Sequence record: LR756500.1
Reading direction: 5' to 3' (one strand)
DNA length: 64,000 bases
A program made the translations under genes and the position numbers. How positions within the stretch are numbered: the stretch's first letter is position 1; each line of letters begins with the position of its first letter. The notes beneath the pieces were generated by a model that ran no database searches, was not told the DNA's origin, and saw nothing but the letters and a program-made list of their open reading frames with translations. Positions 18,929 to 29,354 of the stretch are shown piece after piece.

Positions 18929-19708
18929 TTATATTTTAAAGTCTGATAATATATTATCAATATTATCTTTAGTTACATTAGTATTTTTTAAATCACTAAA
19001 CTTTTTCCTTGAAGTTATTTCATAAAAATGTTTTAGTTCATCTAATGTTTCTATAACACATACTCCCATTTCAACATCATGAAATTTAAGTTTTATGCTT
19101 ACATTAAGATATTTACCAGAATTATCTTTTAATAAATTCTTTTTAATAAAGAATTTTCTATCAGCAATACCATCCCATTCTAAATTAGTAAGACCTTCAT
19201 TAATTATTTCTTCTATTGAAATTGTTCCCATTGATAAACGATCATCAGTATTTTTATCGAAAATTAGTGATTGATCTTCTTCAAAAATTACAACTGTAAT
19301 ATCCTCGCCAATCATTTCTTTCTCTATAATAGAAGAAATTAATTTCCAATCGCCACCTGCTAAACCTGCTCCTATTAAAGGTATCCCAAATTTTTTGCCT
19401 GTAAATAATAATTTGATTTCTTTAAATGCACTTTTAATAGCATCATAATCAACATTATTTTTACCTTTAAAATGAAATTGAGTATAGGCATTAATTATTA
19501 TAGGAGTAGTATTAGTTGTATATGAAATTCCTCCTAATTTTTGTTGTGGAGTTCTTGGATCATTTTTATCAACATTAAAAGCTTCTGGAAAAATTACTTT
19601 AATTTGTTTAGCAATGCCTGCTCCCATAGTACTAAAGCAATTACAACCATGCACTATAATATCAAATTCAGTTGCTTGTCTAATTAAATTTCCGGTAATC
19701 TCTTTCAT
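18929..19708 (-). CDS. macrodomain (ADP-ribose binding/hydrolase) protein with C-terminal extension
   Basis: GNL...IVHGCNC...MGAGIAKQI and PLIGAGLAGGDW motifs. Confidence 0.85.
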   Translation of the reverse strand: MKEITGNLIRQATEFDIIVHGCNCFSTMGAGIAKQIKVIFPEAFNVDKNDPRTPQQKLGGISYTTNTTPIIINAYTQFHFKGKNNVDYDAIKSAFKEIKLLFTGKKFGIPLIGAGLAGGDWKLISSIIEKEMIGEDITVVIFEEDQSLIFDKNTDDRLSMGTISIEEIINEGLTNLEWDGIADRKFFIKKNLLKDNSGKYLNVSIKLKFHDVEMGVCVIETLDELKHFYEITSRKKFSDLKNTNVTKDNIDNILSDFKI

Positions 19709-19709
19709 A

Positions 19710-20333
19710 TTATTTTACTCTACAAGCTCTTGTTGATGTAATATCCATAGGATATACTAATCTGTATGCACATCTTACTTGATCCCTAGTATAATTAGAA
19801 GAATAATAAAGTATATCATTATTCATAACTGAATATGCCATCCAATCACTTCCATCTACTTCTGTTTCATCAATAGGTTGAATTAAAGAAGCCTTTATTG
19901 ATAATTGTGTAGTGGGTTTTATAGCAGTTGATGTAGTAGTTTTAGTAGCAGTTGATGTATTAATTTTTAAACCGCCATATCCAGGAGATTGATCATCATC
20001 ATCTTCAGGCGCTGCACTAAATGTTCTAAATGATCCATTATTATTAACTGAATAACCTTCTTCTACTTCAAGTTCATCCATATATTCACGAATATCATCT
20101 TGCGTTGCCCAATAACCATCTTTTCTTAAAGCTTCTTTAATTTGAAGATTAGTGGTGCTACCATTAACTTTAATTAATTCATCAGCTTTATCTTTTACGA
20201 TTGTTTTTGTTAATTGTTTTCTCATATTATTATTTTTTTTAATTTGACAAATGCATACTTTATCCATAGTTAATCCACACTCTGGACATTTTTTTAATAA
20301 AATTGTTCTCAATATTTTATAAATTTTATTCAT
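19710..20333 (-). CDS. hypothetical protein
   Basis: Long ORF; true start may be internal (MRKQLTK). Confidence 0.7.
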   Translation of the reverse strand: MNKIYKILRTILLKKCPECGLTMDKVCICQIKKNNNMRKQLTKTIVKDKADELIKVNGSTTNLQIKEALRKDGYWATQDDIREYMDELEVEEGYSVNNNGSFRTFSAAPEDDDDQSPGYGGLKINTSTATKTTTSTAIKPTTQLSIKASLIQPIDETEVDGSDWMAYSVMNNDILYYSSNYTRDQVRCAYRLVYPMDITSTRACRVK

Positions 20334-20358
20334 ATATGTAAATATAATAATTTTGTAT

Positions 20359-20904
20359 TTAATATAAAAATGTGTTTGTATAAATTGTTTGTATTGCTTT
20401 TATTCCGTTATTGTTTATTTTTCTTGTTCCTATACCTGCAAACTTTTTAGTTAAAATAGGTTCTTTACATTCTCTGAATTCTTTAATTTCATAAACATAT
20501 TTCATCCAAATATTTTTATTTTGTTCAAAAAGATATATAGGTTTATTAACTATTGTTGCCATCGCAACAGCCCATCCAGTTCCTCCATTGACTATATTAT
20601 CTATTAATTCTCCTATTGCAAAAATAGTATCTGCATTTTTAACTTGAAACCAATTTCTCCTTAATAAATTATTTACATAAATATTATTAGAAGGATATTT
20701 TCTTTTTAAAAGTCGTGAAGCTTTTCGATAATATGAATCGGATTCCTCTAATTCTTTTTCTGTTAATATTATAAAATGTTTAGAATCAGTATTATGTGAT
20801 ATAAAAGAAAAAGCTATGGTGCTTACTCCATATTTTTCACCATAGGTTTCCCATATAGTATCAGCACCTTTAGCTCCTCCTGAATAATTAATATAATCAT
20901 TCAT
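20359..20904 (-). CDS. SLOG-like nucleotide-binding protein
   Basis: SGGAKGAD, RRNWFQV, GGTGWAV and FAGIGTR motifs. Confidence 0.55.
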   Translation of the reverse strand: MNDYINYSGGAKGADTIWETYGEKYGVSTIAFSFISHNTDSKHFIILTEKELEESDSYYRKASRLLKRKYPSNNIYVNNLLRRNWFQVKNADTIFAIGELIDNIVNGGTGWAVAMATIVNKPIYLFEQNKNIWMKYVYEIKEFRECKEPILTKKFAGIGTRKINNNGIKAIQTIYTNTFLY

Positions 20905-23387
20905 TATTGATCCTTTTTAGATTCAAGTTGTTCAACTTTTACATCAAAGAATTTAGTAATTGTTTTTTCAAGTGGAGTTCCTTTTACTGTTTCTAATAAA
21001 CCTTCTATTCCACCTTTTTGAAATATTCCATGTAAACCACCGCCTTGAGCTTTAAGATTTTCAGCTAATATTTTATTATTTTCTAAATTACCTATTGATA
21101 CTAAAGCATCTATTAATCCAGGTTGAATTGATTGATTTTTAGCAGTAACTTCTTTAATTGATAAATCAGTAAATTTAGAAGCTAAATAAAGTTTTTGTTC
21201 ATCATCGGCTTTTCTTCTTGATAATTGAGTAGCATGTATTGAATCATGTTTAGCTTGTTGTTCAATTTCATAATTTAAATCAACTAATTTAGTATTAGCT
21301 TTTTCTGCACTTCTTTTTAAATTAATTTCTGCAACTAATTTTTGAGTTTCATCTACTTCATTCATTTCGTTTCTTTTTAATTTTTCATAATTAACAACGA
21401 AATTAAGATCTCTTTCTTTTTGTTTAATTTTTAAATTATTCTCTACTGCATCGTGTTGAGAAGTTTCTAATAAATTAGCTATATCTTTATCACCAATTGT
21501 AACATTAAGTACTTCAACATCGTAAATTCTCATTCCATTTTCATCGAATACTTTTCCTACTCTGCCTTTTTCTTTTTCAGATACACCTAGAATAATATCT
21601 CTAATCATATCTGTTGAGTTATCGTTAAAGTATTCAATAGTTTGTTTTTTAACGGCATTTCTAATTACAGATCTTAAATGTTGCGTTAAAAGTTTAACAT
21701 AATTAGAAACATTAAACCATTTTTCAGATTTACCTTCAAAATTAACTCTATAAGATAATCTAATATTAACATTTACAAAATCTTTTGTAATTGCTTCAAC
21801 AATATCTGAAACAATATTATTTTCTGTTTGAAGATAAACAGTTTCAAATAATAAATGATCTGTTTTTGGTTTATTAGTAGATAAAGCTAAACTTTCTAAA
21901 GTTTCATCATATTCTAACATTACAACTTTAGGTCCAACTATTACTTCTCTTTCACCAGTCTTTTTAACCTTTTGAATAGCAAATCCTGGCCATACATTAA
22001 GAGTTACAGCTCCATCATATTTATCATTAATTTCAACAGTACGAGGTTTTGTAAACTCATTATTTCGTTGCATTTTTTCACCTACTAAACCTTGAAATGA
22101 TCCTCTGCTTTTTAATCTTCTATCATAATTTGCAAATTGTTCTTCCTCAATAGCAAAATCAGCAGATGCACTAAATAGCATATCACCCATTACTGAAGCA
22201 TCTCTAAGTTCATTTGATTTCTTTCTTAGTTCTCTATTGTAATTTAATGCTTCTGTATTACTTGGAAACCATAAATTAACTTGTTTATCAGAAAGAATTC
22301 GTTTAACGATAACTTCTGATCTAGGATCCGGAAGAAGCATTTTATTTCCTTTAACTAATTTAATGCTTCCATCATTTTTATCTAAAATGTATCTTCCTGA
22401 ACCTTCAGGAACAGCTACTGCATAATGAATTTCTCTATCACCGTATTTTATTAATGATAATTCAGGTCTTGGAAAAAATATTCTTTGTTCTTTTCCAGTA
22501 ATAAATAATTCTTCACCGGCTATTCTTTGTTTACCATCTTTACCTTCTTCTTGATAATCTTGAATAACTTTAACATAAATACCCATGTTATCATTAAGTT
22601 CAACTGCTTTGAAAATTCTATTGCCTTTTTCATCAATAAAAGTTTCAGTAGGTTTTGGAAATACTACAGCTGGACCTCTTTCATATCTTTTATCTCCATT
22701 TTGATCTAAAAGAATGCAATATTCCAATCTTTCTAATGTTACAGCATTTCTTGCATAACTGCCTCTTTCATCTTTTAATACTTCAATACCAGTAGGAGGT
22801 ATATAAAATGAAACATCAGTTCCTTTAATTAAAAGAATATTTCCAGTAAACAATTCTTCTTCCTTTATAACATTAGGTTTCTTTGTCTTTTTAGAATCAT
22901 TATCATCTTTAACATCCGCTGCTTTCAATACAGTATTTTTGATATTAGCTTTTGCAGCTACTTCATTATATACTCTTACTAAAAGATATTCATTCCATTT
23001 AAGTTGATGACCTTGTACTTCTTCTGCAATTTGACCTGGCCATAATGCAAATGTTGTAGGGCCAGGTATATTGATTTTATTACCAATATCTAATTTAACA
23101 CCTTCTTGTTTTCCTTTTGATGGATGAGAATTGTTTTCTGTCTCTGGATTTTCAAGAATAATGTATTGTCCTTCAGTTGCAACTACCCAAGTTTGAATAG
23201 ATGATTGTACTTGTACAGCCATAAACTGTCTCGTTCTTTTATCATAGATAACAGGTTTATCTGTATCCCCTGGACTAATTTTAAAAGGCCCATTTACTAT
23301 TTGAACAGTTCCTGAAGAACCATCTTGAATATAAGCGTATGTTCCTTGTGATAAAACTAAATCTCCTAATCGCTGAATTTCTGCCAT
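20904..23387 (-). CDS. major vault protein-like protein
   Basis: Repeated beta units with GP..F/L.P..E motifs, an MVP-like shoulder (TKDFVNVNIRLSYRVNF...LRSVIRNAV...NSTDMIRDIILG...GMRIYDVEVLNV) and a long C-terminal coiled coil. Confidence 0.75.
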   Translation of the reverse strand: MAEIQRLGDLVLSQGTYAYIQDGSSGTVQIVNGPFKISPGDTDKPVIYDKRTRQFMAVQVQSSIQTWVVATEGQYIILENPETENNSHPSKGKQEGVKLDIGNKINIPGPTTFALWPGQIAEEVQGHQLKWNEYLLVRVYNEVAAKANIKNTVLKAADVKDDNDSKKTKKPNVIKEEELFTGNILLIKGTDVSFYIPPTGIEVLKDERGSYARNAVTLERLEYCILLDQNGDKRYERGPAVVFPKPTETFIDEKGNRIFKAVELNDNMGIYVKVIQDYQEEGKDGKQRIAGEELFITGKEQRIFFPRPELSLIKYGDREIHYAVAVPEGSGRYILDKNDGSIKLVKGNKMLLPDPRSEVIVKRILSDKQVNLWFPSNTEALNYNRELRKKSNELRDASVMGDMLFSASADFAIEEEQFANYDRRLKSRGSFQGLVGEKMQRNNEFTKPRTVEINDKYDGAVTLNVWPGFAIQKVKKTGEREVIVGPKVVMLEYDETLESLALSTNKPKTDHLLFETVYLQTENNIVSDIVEAITKDFVNVNIRLSYRVNFEGKSEKWFNVSNYVKLLTQHLRSVIRNAVKKQTIEYFNDNSTDMIRDIILGVSEKEKGRVGKVFDENGMRIYDVEVLNVTIGDKDIANLLETSQHDAVENNLKIKQKERDLNFVVNYEKLKRNEMNEVDETQKLVAEINLKRSAEKANTKLVDLNYEIEQQAKHDSIHATQLSRRKADDEQKLYLASKFTDLSIKEVTAKNQSIQPGLIDALVSIGNLENNKILAENLKAQGGGLHGIFQKGGIEGLLETVKGTPLEKTITKFFDVKVEQLESKKDQ

Positions 23388-23410
23388 TGTAATTTAATTT
23401 AAGTTAATAA

Positions 23411-24064
23411 TTATTTGTTAATTGTTGTTAAAATATTTTTTATATTTAATGCTATATCTTCTTTACCACTTAATGCTTTAACATTTTTATTTTTATCTAT
23501 TAAATATGCAACATGTATATTTTCATCTTTCATTTCTTTTTTATCATTAGCTATTACATAATCACACTTATTTTTTTCTAATGATTCTGTTGCAATATTA
23601 ATTAATTCAAAATAATTTAATCCAACTTCAAATTTAAAACCAATAAGTATAACATCTTTATTCCATTCTTTATTCCATTCTTTAATATATGAAATTATTT
23701 TAGGATTATATTTTATTCTTTCTGCTAAAGATTGTATAAATGCTTCTTTATCGGTACTTTTTAATTTAGTAGTAATAGGTTCAAATCCAAAATCGCTAAC
23801 AGTCATTGTATGTATAACTACATCTACTAAAGGAATTAACTCCTCCATTATTTTCTTTAACGAATCAACATTTGTAATTTCATATATATTTTGTATATTT
23901 GATGGTATAACACTACCTCTAGCATAAACATAAAAAATATTATGACCAGCTCTATGTAATTCTTCTGCTATTATTGATCCTAATTTTCCAGATGATATAT
24001 TAGTTAATACTCTAACATCATCTATGTATTCACGTGTACCTCCAGCTGTAATTAAAACTCTCAT
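23411..24064 (-). CDS. coaB: phosphopantothenate-cysteine ligase (stand-alone CoaB)
   Basis: VLITAGGTREYIDDVRVLTNISSGKLG, VSDF, LIGFKFE and YVIAND motifs; ATG at 24064. Confidence 0.85.
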   Translation of the reverse strand: MRVLITAGGTREYIDDVRVLTNISSGKLGSIIAEELHRAGHNIFYVYARGSVIPSNIQNIYEITNVDSLKKIMEELIPLVDVVIHTMTVSDFGFEPITTKLKSTDKEAFIQSLAERIKYNPKIISYIKEWNKEWNKDVILIGFKFEVGLNYFELINIATESLEKNKCDYVIANDKKEMKDENIHVAYLIDKNKNVKALSGKEDIALNIKNILTTINK

Positions 24065-24110
24065 ATAATGTGACAATTAATTTTTTAATTGCGTATACGG
24101 TATAATAAAT

Positions 24111-24215
24111 TTAAAATATTAACGTAATAATATGATTATGATTTTGTAAACAAGTAATAACATCAAGAACTTTATATGCAGAAATACCACCAGATATAGC
24201 TATTAATATTTTCAT
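24111..24215 (-). pseudogene. coaC: truncated CoaC (PPC decarboxylase flavoprotein) relic
   Basis: MKILIAISGGISAYKVLDVI matches the HFCD-family N-terminus; stops after 34 aa, with KFIIP in a shifted frame. Confidence 0.7.
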
Positions 24216-24454
24216 TTCTTTTTACCTCTAAAATGATTATCTAATGTTTCTTTTAAATTAGGTACACCAGGTATACCATTAAATAATAATGGTAATAAAC
24301 ATATTAAAATGTTTATAATTGGTATTAAACATAACAAATATACAAACATCGGTAAAGGAATTTCATCACTATAATAGTTTTCATGTTTATACAAAAACTT
24401 TATAATAAAATATGTTATAACATAAGTTAACAATATTATTAAGGTTAGTATCAT
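24212..24454 (-). CDS. small two-TM membrane protein
   Basis: Two hydrophobic segments; promoter motif upstream. Confidence 0.7.
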   Translation of the reverse strand: MILTLIILLTYVITYFIIKFLYKHENYYSDEIPLPMFVYLLCLIPIINILICLLPLLFNGIPGVPNLKETLDNHFRGKKK

Positions 24455-24500
24455 TATAAATAATTTAAATTTTTATAAATATAATAATTTAGTTAGTAAT

Positions 24501-25607
24501 TTAAAAATTATTTGTAATATAAGTTACATTATGAGCTTCAATATGTTTAGGTATATCAATACCTCTAAAAAGTTTGTTAATTACTTTTTCAGGGACCATT
24601 TCTTCTCTAGATAAATTTTGATCTAAAACTTTATTGAATGTAGTATTAATATAAATGATATTAATATAAGCATTATATAATGTAAATAAAGATATTAAAC
24701 TTTCTCGTGTTAATTTAGAAGTATTTGTTGCATTCCATATAAATGATTTACCTTCTCTTAAATATCCTTTAGCAATTTCTTTAGCTGCTTGTATTACATG
24801 ACCTTGTGGCTTATCAGGCTTTATTTTTAATTTAATTCTTATTTCATCTAAACTTATAACAGGTATATCTTTTAAATGAGTTTTAATATAAGTATCTTTA
24901 CCACTTCCAGGTAAGCCACTCATTAAATAAACTTTAGATTTAGTATCATTAAATGCTTCATCTGTATGATAATAAGTTTTTTTAACAATATAATTAAATT
25001 TAGTATATTCATTTTTAAATTGATATGAATTATAATAACATCCTAATTCTTCTGCATATAATCCAAACCAATTAATCTTTTCAATCATACTTTCAGTATC
25101 TGATGCAATTCTTCCCAAAGTATCATATATAGCAAGTTTATGTAATAAAAACAAATTACAATCTAAACTCATTTTAATTATATCATACTCTTGATCTTTA
25201 TTTGTTTTATCTATAATCCAAGGTGGTTCACCGTGATAAAGAATAAGATTTGCTATTTGTAATTTATCTTCAAATGTTATTATATTCTTCTGTTCAATTT
25301 TATCTAAAAGTTCTAGCGCAATATGATAACCTATTCTACTATGTCCGTGACTTCTAATATGTCCATTTTCTTCTTTACTACAATATGGTTTTCCGATATC
25401 ATGTAAAGTTATTGCATATCTTAATATTTTTTGTTGTTGTTCTGTAAATAATATAGATTCTTTTTCAAATTCATCTAAAACCATTCTGACATGCGTTAAT
25501 ACATCACCCTCCGCATGATATTCTTTATCTTGTTCGCAATGTTTCATATCATGAAAGTATGGTATAATTTCAGGTAATATTTTTTGTATATAAGTTAAAA
25601 AATCCAT
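24501..25607 (-). CDS. HD-domain plus P-loop kinase (polynucleotide kinase-like, RNA end healing)
   Basis: YHAEGDVLTH...LHDIGK and GLPGSGKDT...SLDEIR...WNATN. Confidence 0.85.
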   Translation of the reverse strand: MDFLTYIQKILPEIIPYFHDMKHCEQDKEYHAEGDVLTHVRMVLDEFEKESILFTEQQQKILRYAITLHDIGKPYCSKEENGHIRSHGHSRIGYHIALELLDKIEQKNIITFEDKLQIANLILYHGEPPWIIDKTNKDQEYDIIKMSLDCNLFLLHKLAIYDTLGRIASDTESMIEKINWFGLYAEELGCYYNSYQFKNEYTKFNYIVKKTYYHTDEAFNDTKSKVYLMSGLPGSGKDTYIKTHLKDIPVISLDEIRIKLKIKPDKPQGHVIQAAKEIAKGYLREGKSFIWNATNTSKLTRESLISLFTLYNAYINIIYINTTFNKVLDQNLSREEMVPEKVINKLFRGIDIPKHIEAHNVTYITNNF

Positions 25608-25609
25608 TT

Positions 25610-26704
25610 TTATTTTTTCATTTCATTATATAAAGTTGCTCTTTTCCAGTTTTTTGTCCAATGTTCATCTGTTTGGACATGACCTTTTCTAACCCATTTA
25701 AATATAGAATTATAAAACATATCATTTGGAAATTCATCAGCAATTCTTGTTACTATTCCTTCTTTAGGAGATATAAAAAATTCTGAATCACTTAATGTAG
25801 AATATGTTGAAACTAATTCTTCTATTTTATTATAAATAAAAGTTTCATTTACATTAAAATTTTTATCGCTTTTAAATAAAACAGGTACAGTTGGTAAATC
25901 TAACATATTTGCATAAAATTCAACTTCTTCCCATGATAACCAAAAGTCTCTACTCATATCTCTTATACCAAAAACATAAAAATGACTATCTAATTTAGAA
26001 TATTCTATGCTATGAATTCCATACATATTTTCACCACATATTTCTAATTCTCCTAAGTCATGTCTAATCATATTCCATAATGGAGATAACCAACTATCCC
26101 ATCCATTTTGTGATGGTGATATTCTTGATCTACCAAATACTCCAAAACGAGAAATACTTGTATTAGAACCATCTAATTTTTCAGTCATAATAATTTCACC
26201 TTTGCATACTTTATTTATATTTTTAGCAATTCTATCATCACTTGTTGTTCCTGGCGAATTTAAAACATGATATGTTCTTGGATATTTTTCAACAATCATA
26301 TTTCTATCTTTTTCAAATAAATGTAAAACATTTCCTTGCTTTAACATTTTCTGAACATTTTCTTGATTAAAATGATAACCTTTTAATCGTTTACCATTTT
26401 TTAAAATTGGATTACCCCATTTATCATAATCTTTAACAAACTCATTTAATGATAAATTATGAGGATATATTTGTATTAAATTTGCCTTTTCTCTTAATTC
26501 TGAAGTTGATATAATTGTTGTTTCAGCATCTATATGATGTTTAGCGCATAATGATACACCATTATTTAAATAATATCCACCATCTAAAAATAAATTTCTA
26601 TCTATTATATGATGTGCATCGATTGTAGGTTCATTACATATAACGCATTTATAATTATCTCGTTTAAATACTTGAGTCTTAAATTCTTCTCTACTTAATA
26701 ACAT
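25610..26704 (-). CDS. HNH domain fused to an RNA ligase
   Basis: RDNYKCVIC...DAHHI...LCAKHH then KYPRTYH...EKLDGSN...CGENM...KEGIV...KWVR. Confidence 0.85.
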   Translation of the reverse strand: MLLSREEFKTQVFKRDNYKCVICNEPTIDAHHIIDRNLFLDGGYYLNNGVSLCAKHHIDAETTIISTSELREKANLIQIYPHNLSLNEFVKDYDKWGNPILKNGKRLKGYHFNQENVQKMLKQGNVLHLFEKDRNMIVEKYPRTYHVLNSPGTTSDDRIAKNINKVCKGEIIMTEKLDGSNTSISRFGVFGRSRISPSQNGWDSWLSPLWNMIRHDLGELEICGENMYGIHSIEYSKLDSHFYVFGIRDMSRDFWLSWEEVEFYANMLDLPTVPVLFKSDKNFNVNETFIYNKIEELVSTYSTLSDSEFFISPKEGIVTRIADEFPNDMFYNSIFKWVRKGHVQTDEHWTKNWKRATLYNEMKK

Positions 26705-26706
26705 AA

Positions 26707-28191
26707 TTATCTATGGATTTTTTCACATGCGTCATTACCATCTATAAGATCTATTTCATCATCATTCCTTTTAAATCCTATACTTGTACTTACATTGTTA
26801 TTCATTTTATGACTCATTTTGGTATGTTTCTTTATTTTTTCAATAGTATCAATTTCAGCAACAATTTCACTCATTAACCACTTTTCATTCAAAACTATTT
26901 TTAAAGAATCCAATTTCATTTTTAACATATTTATACTATTATAAATATGAGCTCCGGTAACTTTTGATTCAAAATATTTATTAATTATTTTATCATTTAC
27001 AAATATTTTTGTAGTATCTTCTTTATCAATATTAAAATTATATTTAAGAGATTTTAATATAATATTTTTAATATTATCTTTAGTAATCGAATCGAATAAT
27101 AAAACTTTATCAAATCTTCCAGGTCTCTGAGCAGCTAAATCTAAAAAGCTTGCAGAGTTAGTTGCACATAAAAATCCTACTCCTTTACTTATCTTATTAG
27201 TTCCATCTAAAATATCTAAAAATAAACCTAATTTTTCAGAATAAGATCCATTATCTCTAGATCCTAAACTTAAATCAATATCATCTGATATTATAATTGA
27301 AGGCTTTAATATCTCAGCAAGTTCAACCTTTTCTTTAAAAAATTTATCAATAGAAGTTTTAATAATTGTAACTCCTAATTTATTTAATTCATTTGATAAT
27401 ACTAATGTTGATTCAGTTTTACCAGTACCTGGATTACCTACCATTAAATATCTTAAAAAGACTTCTTTTTCTTTAAATATATCATAAAATAACGATACAT
27501 TATCCATAATATCTTTTGGTAAATAAATATCATCAAAACTTCTTTCTTCTAATTTATTAATCTTCCAATCAAATTTATTATTAGACATTTCAATAAATTT
27601 ACCTTTAATATCACTTTCTTGTAAAGCAAGTTCAAATAAATTTGAATAAATGCGTTCATCAATAAAATTAGTAACTTCTCTACTATACATTCGTATTAAA
27701 TATACCATTTCACCAGAATCTATAAATTTATCAAATGCTAATAATAAGGTTAAATCTTTATGTTTAAATGTAATGTGCGTAGGATTGTTAAGACTTTCGC
27801 CTAATGTCACATTATTTTGAAATCTACCATTAAACATAAATGAAATATCATTAATATCATAAAGAGTTTGTTTGTCTTTATTTTGATATATAATATTAAA
27901 AAAATCTGAAAATATTTTAAATACTGGATATGAAAATCTTTGTCCAAAATCAAAATATGTTTTATAACTCAATGTATTAATTCCATCTCCACGTTCTTGA
28001 CCACTATTAAAGGCATTACTTCCAATATCTGTTACAGTTTTTACTATTTCTTTAGATACTTTTTCCATATTTTTTTCATTTATTATTAAATAATATTTTT
28101 CATTTACTTTTCTTTTACTATAAATTTCAGAAGCAGCTTTATTTAATCGAGTAATAAAATCTCCATAAGCACTATTTTTATCAAGATTCAT
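26707..28191 (-). CDS. AAA+ ATPase
   Basis: GNPGTGKT Walker A, ISDDID Walker B, RPGRFD arginine finger. Confidence 0.85.
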   Translation of the reverse strand: MNLDKNSAYGDFITRLNKAASEIYSKRKVNEKYYLIINEKNMEKVSKEIVKTVTDIGSNAFNSGQERGDGINTLSYKTYFDFGQRFSYPVFKIFSDFFNIIYQNKDKQTLYDINDISFMFNGRFQNNVTLGESLNNPTHITFKHKDLTLLLAFDKFIDSGEMVYLIRMYSREVTNFIDERIYSNLFELALQESDIKGKFIEMSNNKFDWKINKLEERSFDDIYLPKDIMDNVSLFYDIFKEKEVFLRYLMVGNPGTGKTESTLVLSNELNKLGVTIIKTSIDKFFKEKVELAEILKPSIIISDDIDLSLGSRDNGSYSEKLGLFLDILDGTNKISKGVGFLCATNSASFLDLAAQRPGRFDKVLLFDSITKDNIKNIILKSLKYNFNIDKEDTTKIFVNDKIINKYFESKVTGAHIYNSINMLKMKLDSLKIVLNEKWLMSEIVAEIDTIEKIKKHTKMSHKMNNNVSTSIGFKRNDDEIDLIDGNDACEKIHR

Positions 28192-28193
28192 AA

Positions 28194-29090
28194 TTATATA
28201 ATGTTATATTCATTCCATTCTTCTTCAGCAGCTTTAGATACTTTATCAACTATTATATTTAAATCATTTCCATATAAACCTGCGCCTGAAAATGAACCTA
28301 CTTCTAATAAACCGAATTCTCCATTCATTTCAGTAACATCTAAAGTCCATACATGTTCTGGATTAAATAATTTAGCACATTTATTAGCAAAATTATAAGC
28401 TTTATCATTAGTACATAATTCATTAATTGAATGTGAACCCATTAATATGTAATCTTTAGTCGTTGTACCTGGAATAATTGTTTCAGGATATGACCAATCT
28501 CTGTATAAACTTCCTGATATAACTTCCTGATTAACAACAACAAATCTCCATTCTTTATGCAAAGCTTTCACATCAGAAACTATTACTAATAAATCAGGGT
28601 TTATATCATAAAATCCACAAAGTTTTATTCCTTCTTCATAATTATTATATGATAGAACTGTGCCTGTAAAATCCTTTAATCCTGAATTAGGTCTAATAAA
28701 AATATGACCGCTATGACCACTTTTATTATATAAATTATAAAGATAATCTTTTCTTCTAATAAGATCACCAAATGGTAACATAGTATAATTTTTATGTACT
28801 AATAAATCTCCAAATATAGGATAGTATGAAGTACAATTATATTTGGTTTCATCTAAATAAACCCCTGGTATCCATTTAACATATCGTTTAATTTTTATAC
28901 CTAAATTCAATGAACCATAAAACACTACACAATCATCATCATTAAATAATTTAGAAATATAACTTAAATCATTTTCAAAAGGAATATATTCAATTAACTT
29001 ATATTCAATTTGTTTTTTCTTTAATACTTTTATTAAATAAGGTTCAGTATCAGTAAATAGATTCTTTTCAATTAACCATTTAGTTTTCAT
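28194..29090 (-). CDS. ATP-grasp domain protein (DUF4343/R2K-like)
   Basis: FIRPNSGLKDFTG, EWRFVV, TLDV...LLEVGSFSGAGLY. Confidence 0.75.
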   Translation of the reverse strand: MKTKWLIEKNLFTDTEPYLIKVLKKKQIEYKLIEYIPFENDLSYISKLFNDDDCVVFYGSLNLGIKIKRYVKWIPGVYLDETKYNCTSYYPIFGDLLVHKNYTMLPFGDLIRRKDYLYNLYNKSGHSGHIFIRPNSGLKDFTGTVLSYNNYEEGIKLCGFYDINPDLLVIVSDVKALHKEWRFVVVNQEVISGSLYRDWSYPETIIPGTTTKDYILMGSHSINELCTNDKAYNFANKCAKLFNPEHVWTLDVTEMNGEFGLLEVGSFSGAGLYGNDLNIIVDKVSKAAEEEWNEYNII

Positions 29091-29094
29091 AATA

Positions 29095-29349
29095 TTATTC
29101 TAAATTTGCTGCTAAAAATATTGCAGCTTCCCATCCATCTTTTGTAGGTTCAAATGTTGCAAATGGAGATTTAATTCTTTTATCTTCTTTAAATGAATCT
29201 GGAAGATGTTTTCTAATCATAATTTTATTTATATCTGTATTAAAAAATAATAAAATTTTTTGACCATTAAAATCTTTTATATCTTTATATTCTACTAAAC
29301 ATACACAAGATTTATCCATCTGCTCGAATTTTATAACTTTAAATTTCAT
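29095..29349 (-). CDS. hypothetical protein
   Basis: 84-aa ORF, operon-packed. Confidence 0.65.
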   Translation of the reverse strand: MKFKVIKFEQMDKSCVCLVEYKDIKDFNGQKILLFFNTDINKIMIRKHLPDSFKEDKRIKSPFATFEPTKDGWEAAIFLAANLE

Positions 29350-29354
29350 TTTAA

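Noticed and set aside
23656-23685. 12-bp tandem duplication in coaB (EWNK-EWNK)
   Set aside because: In-frame, in a probable loop, and of no apparent consequence.
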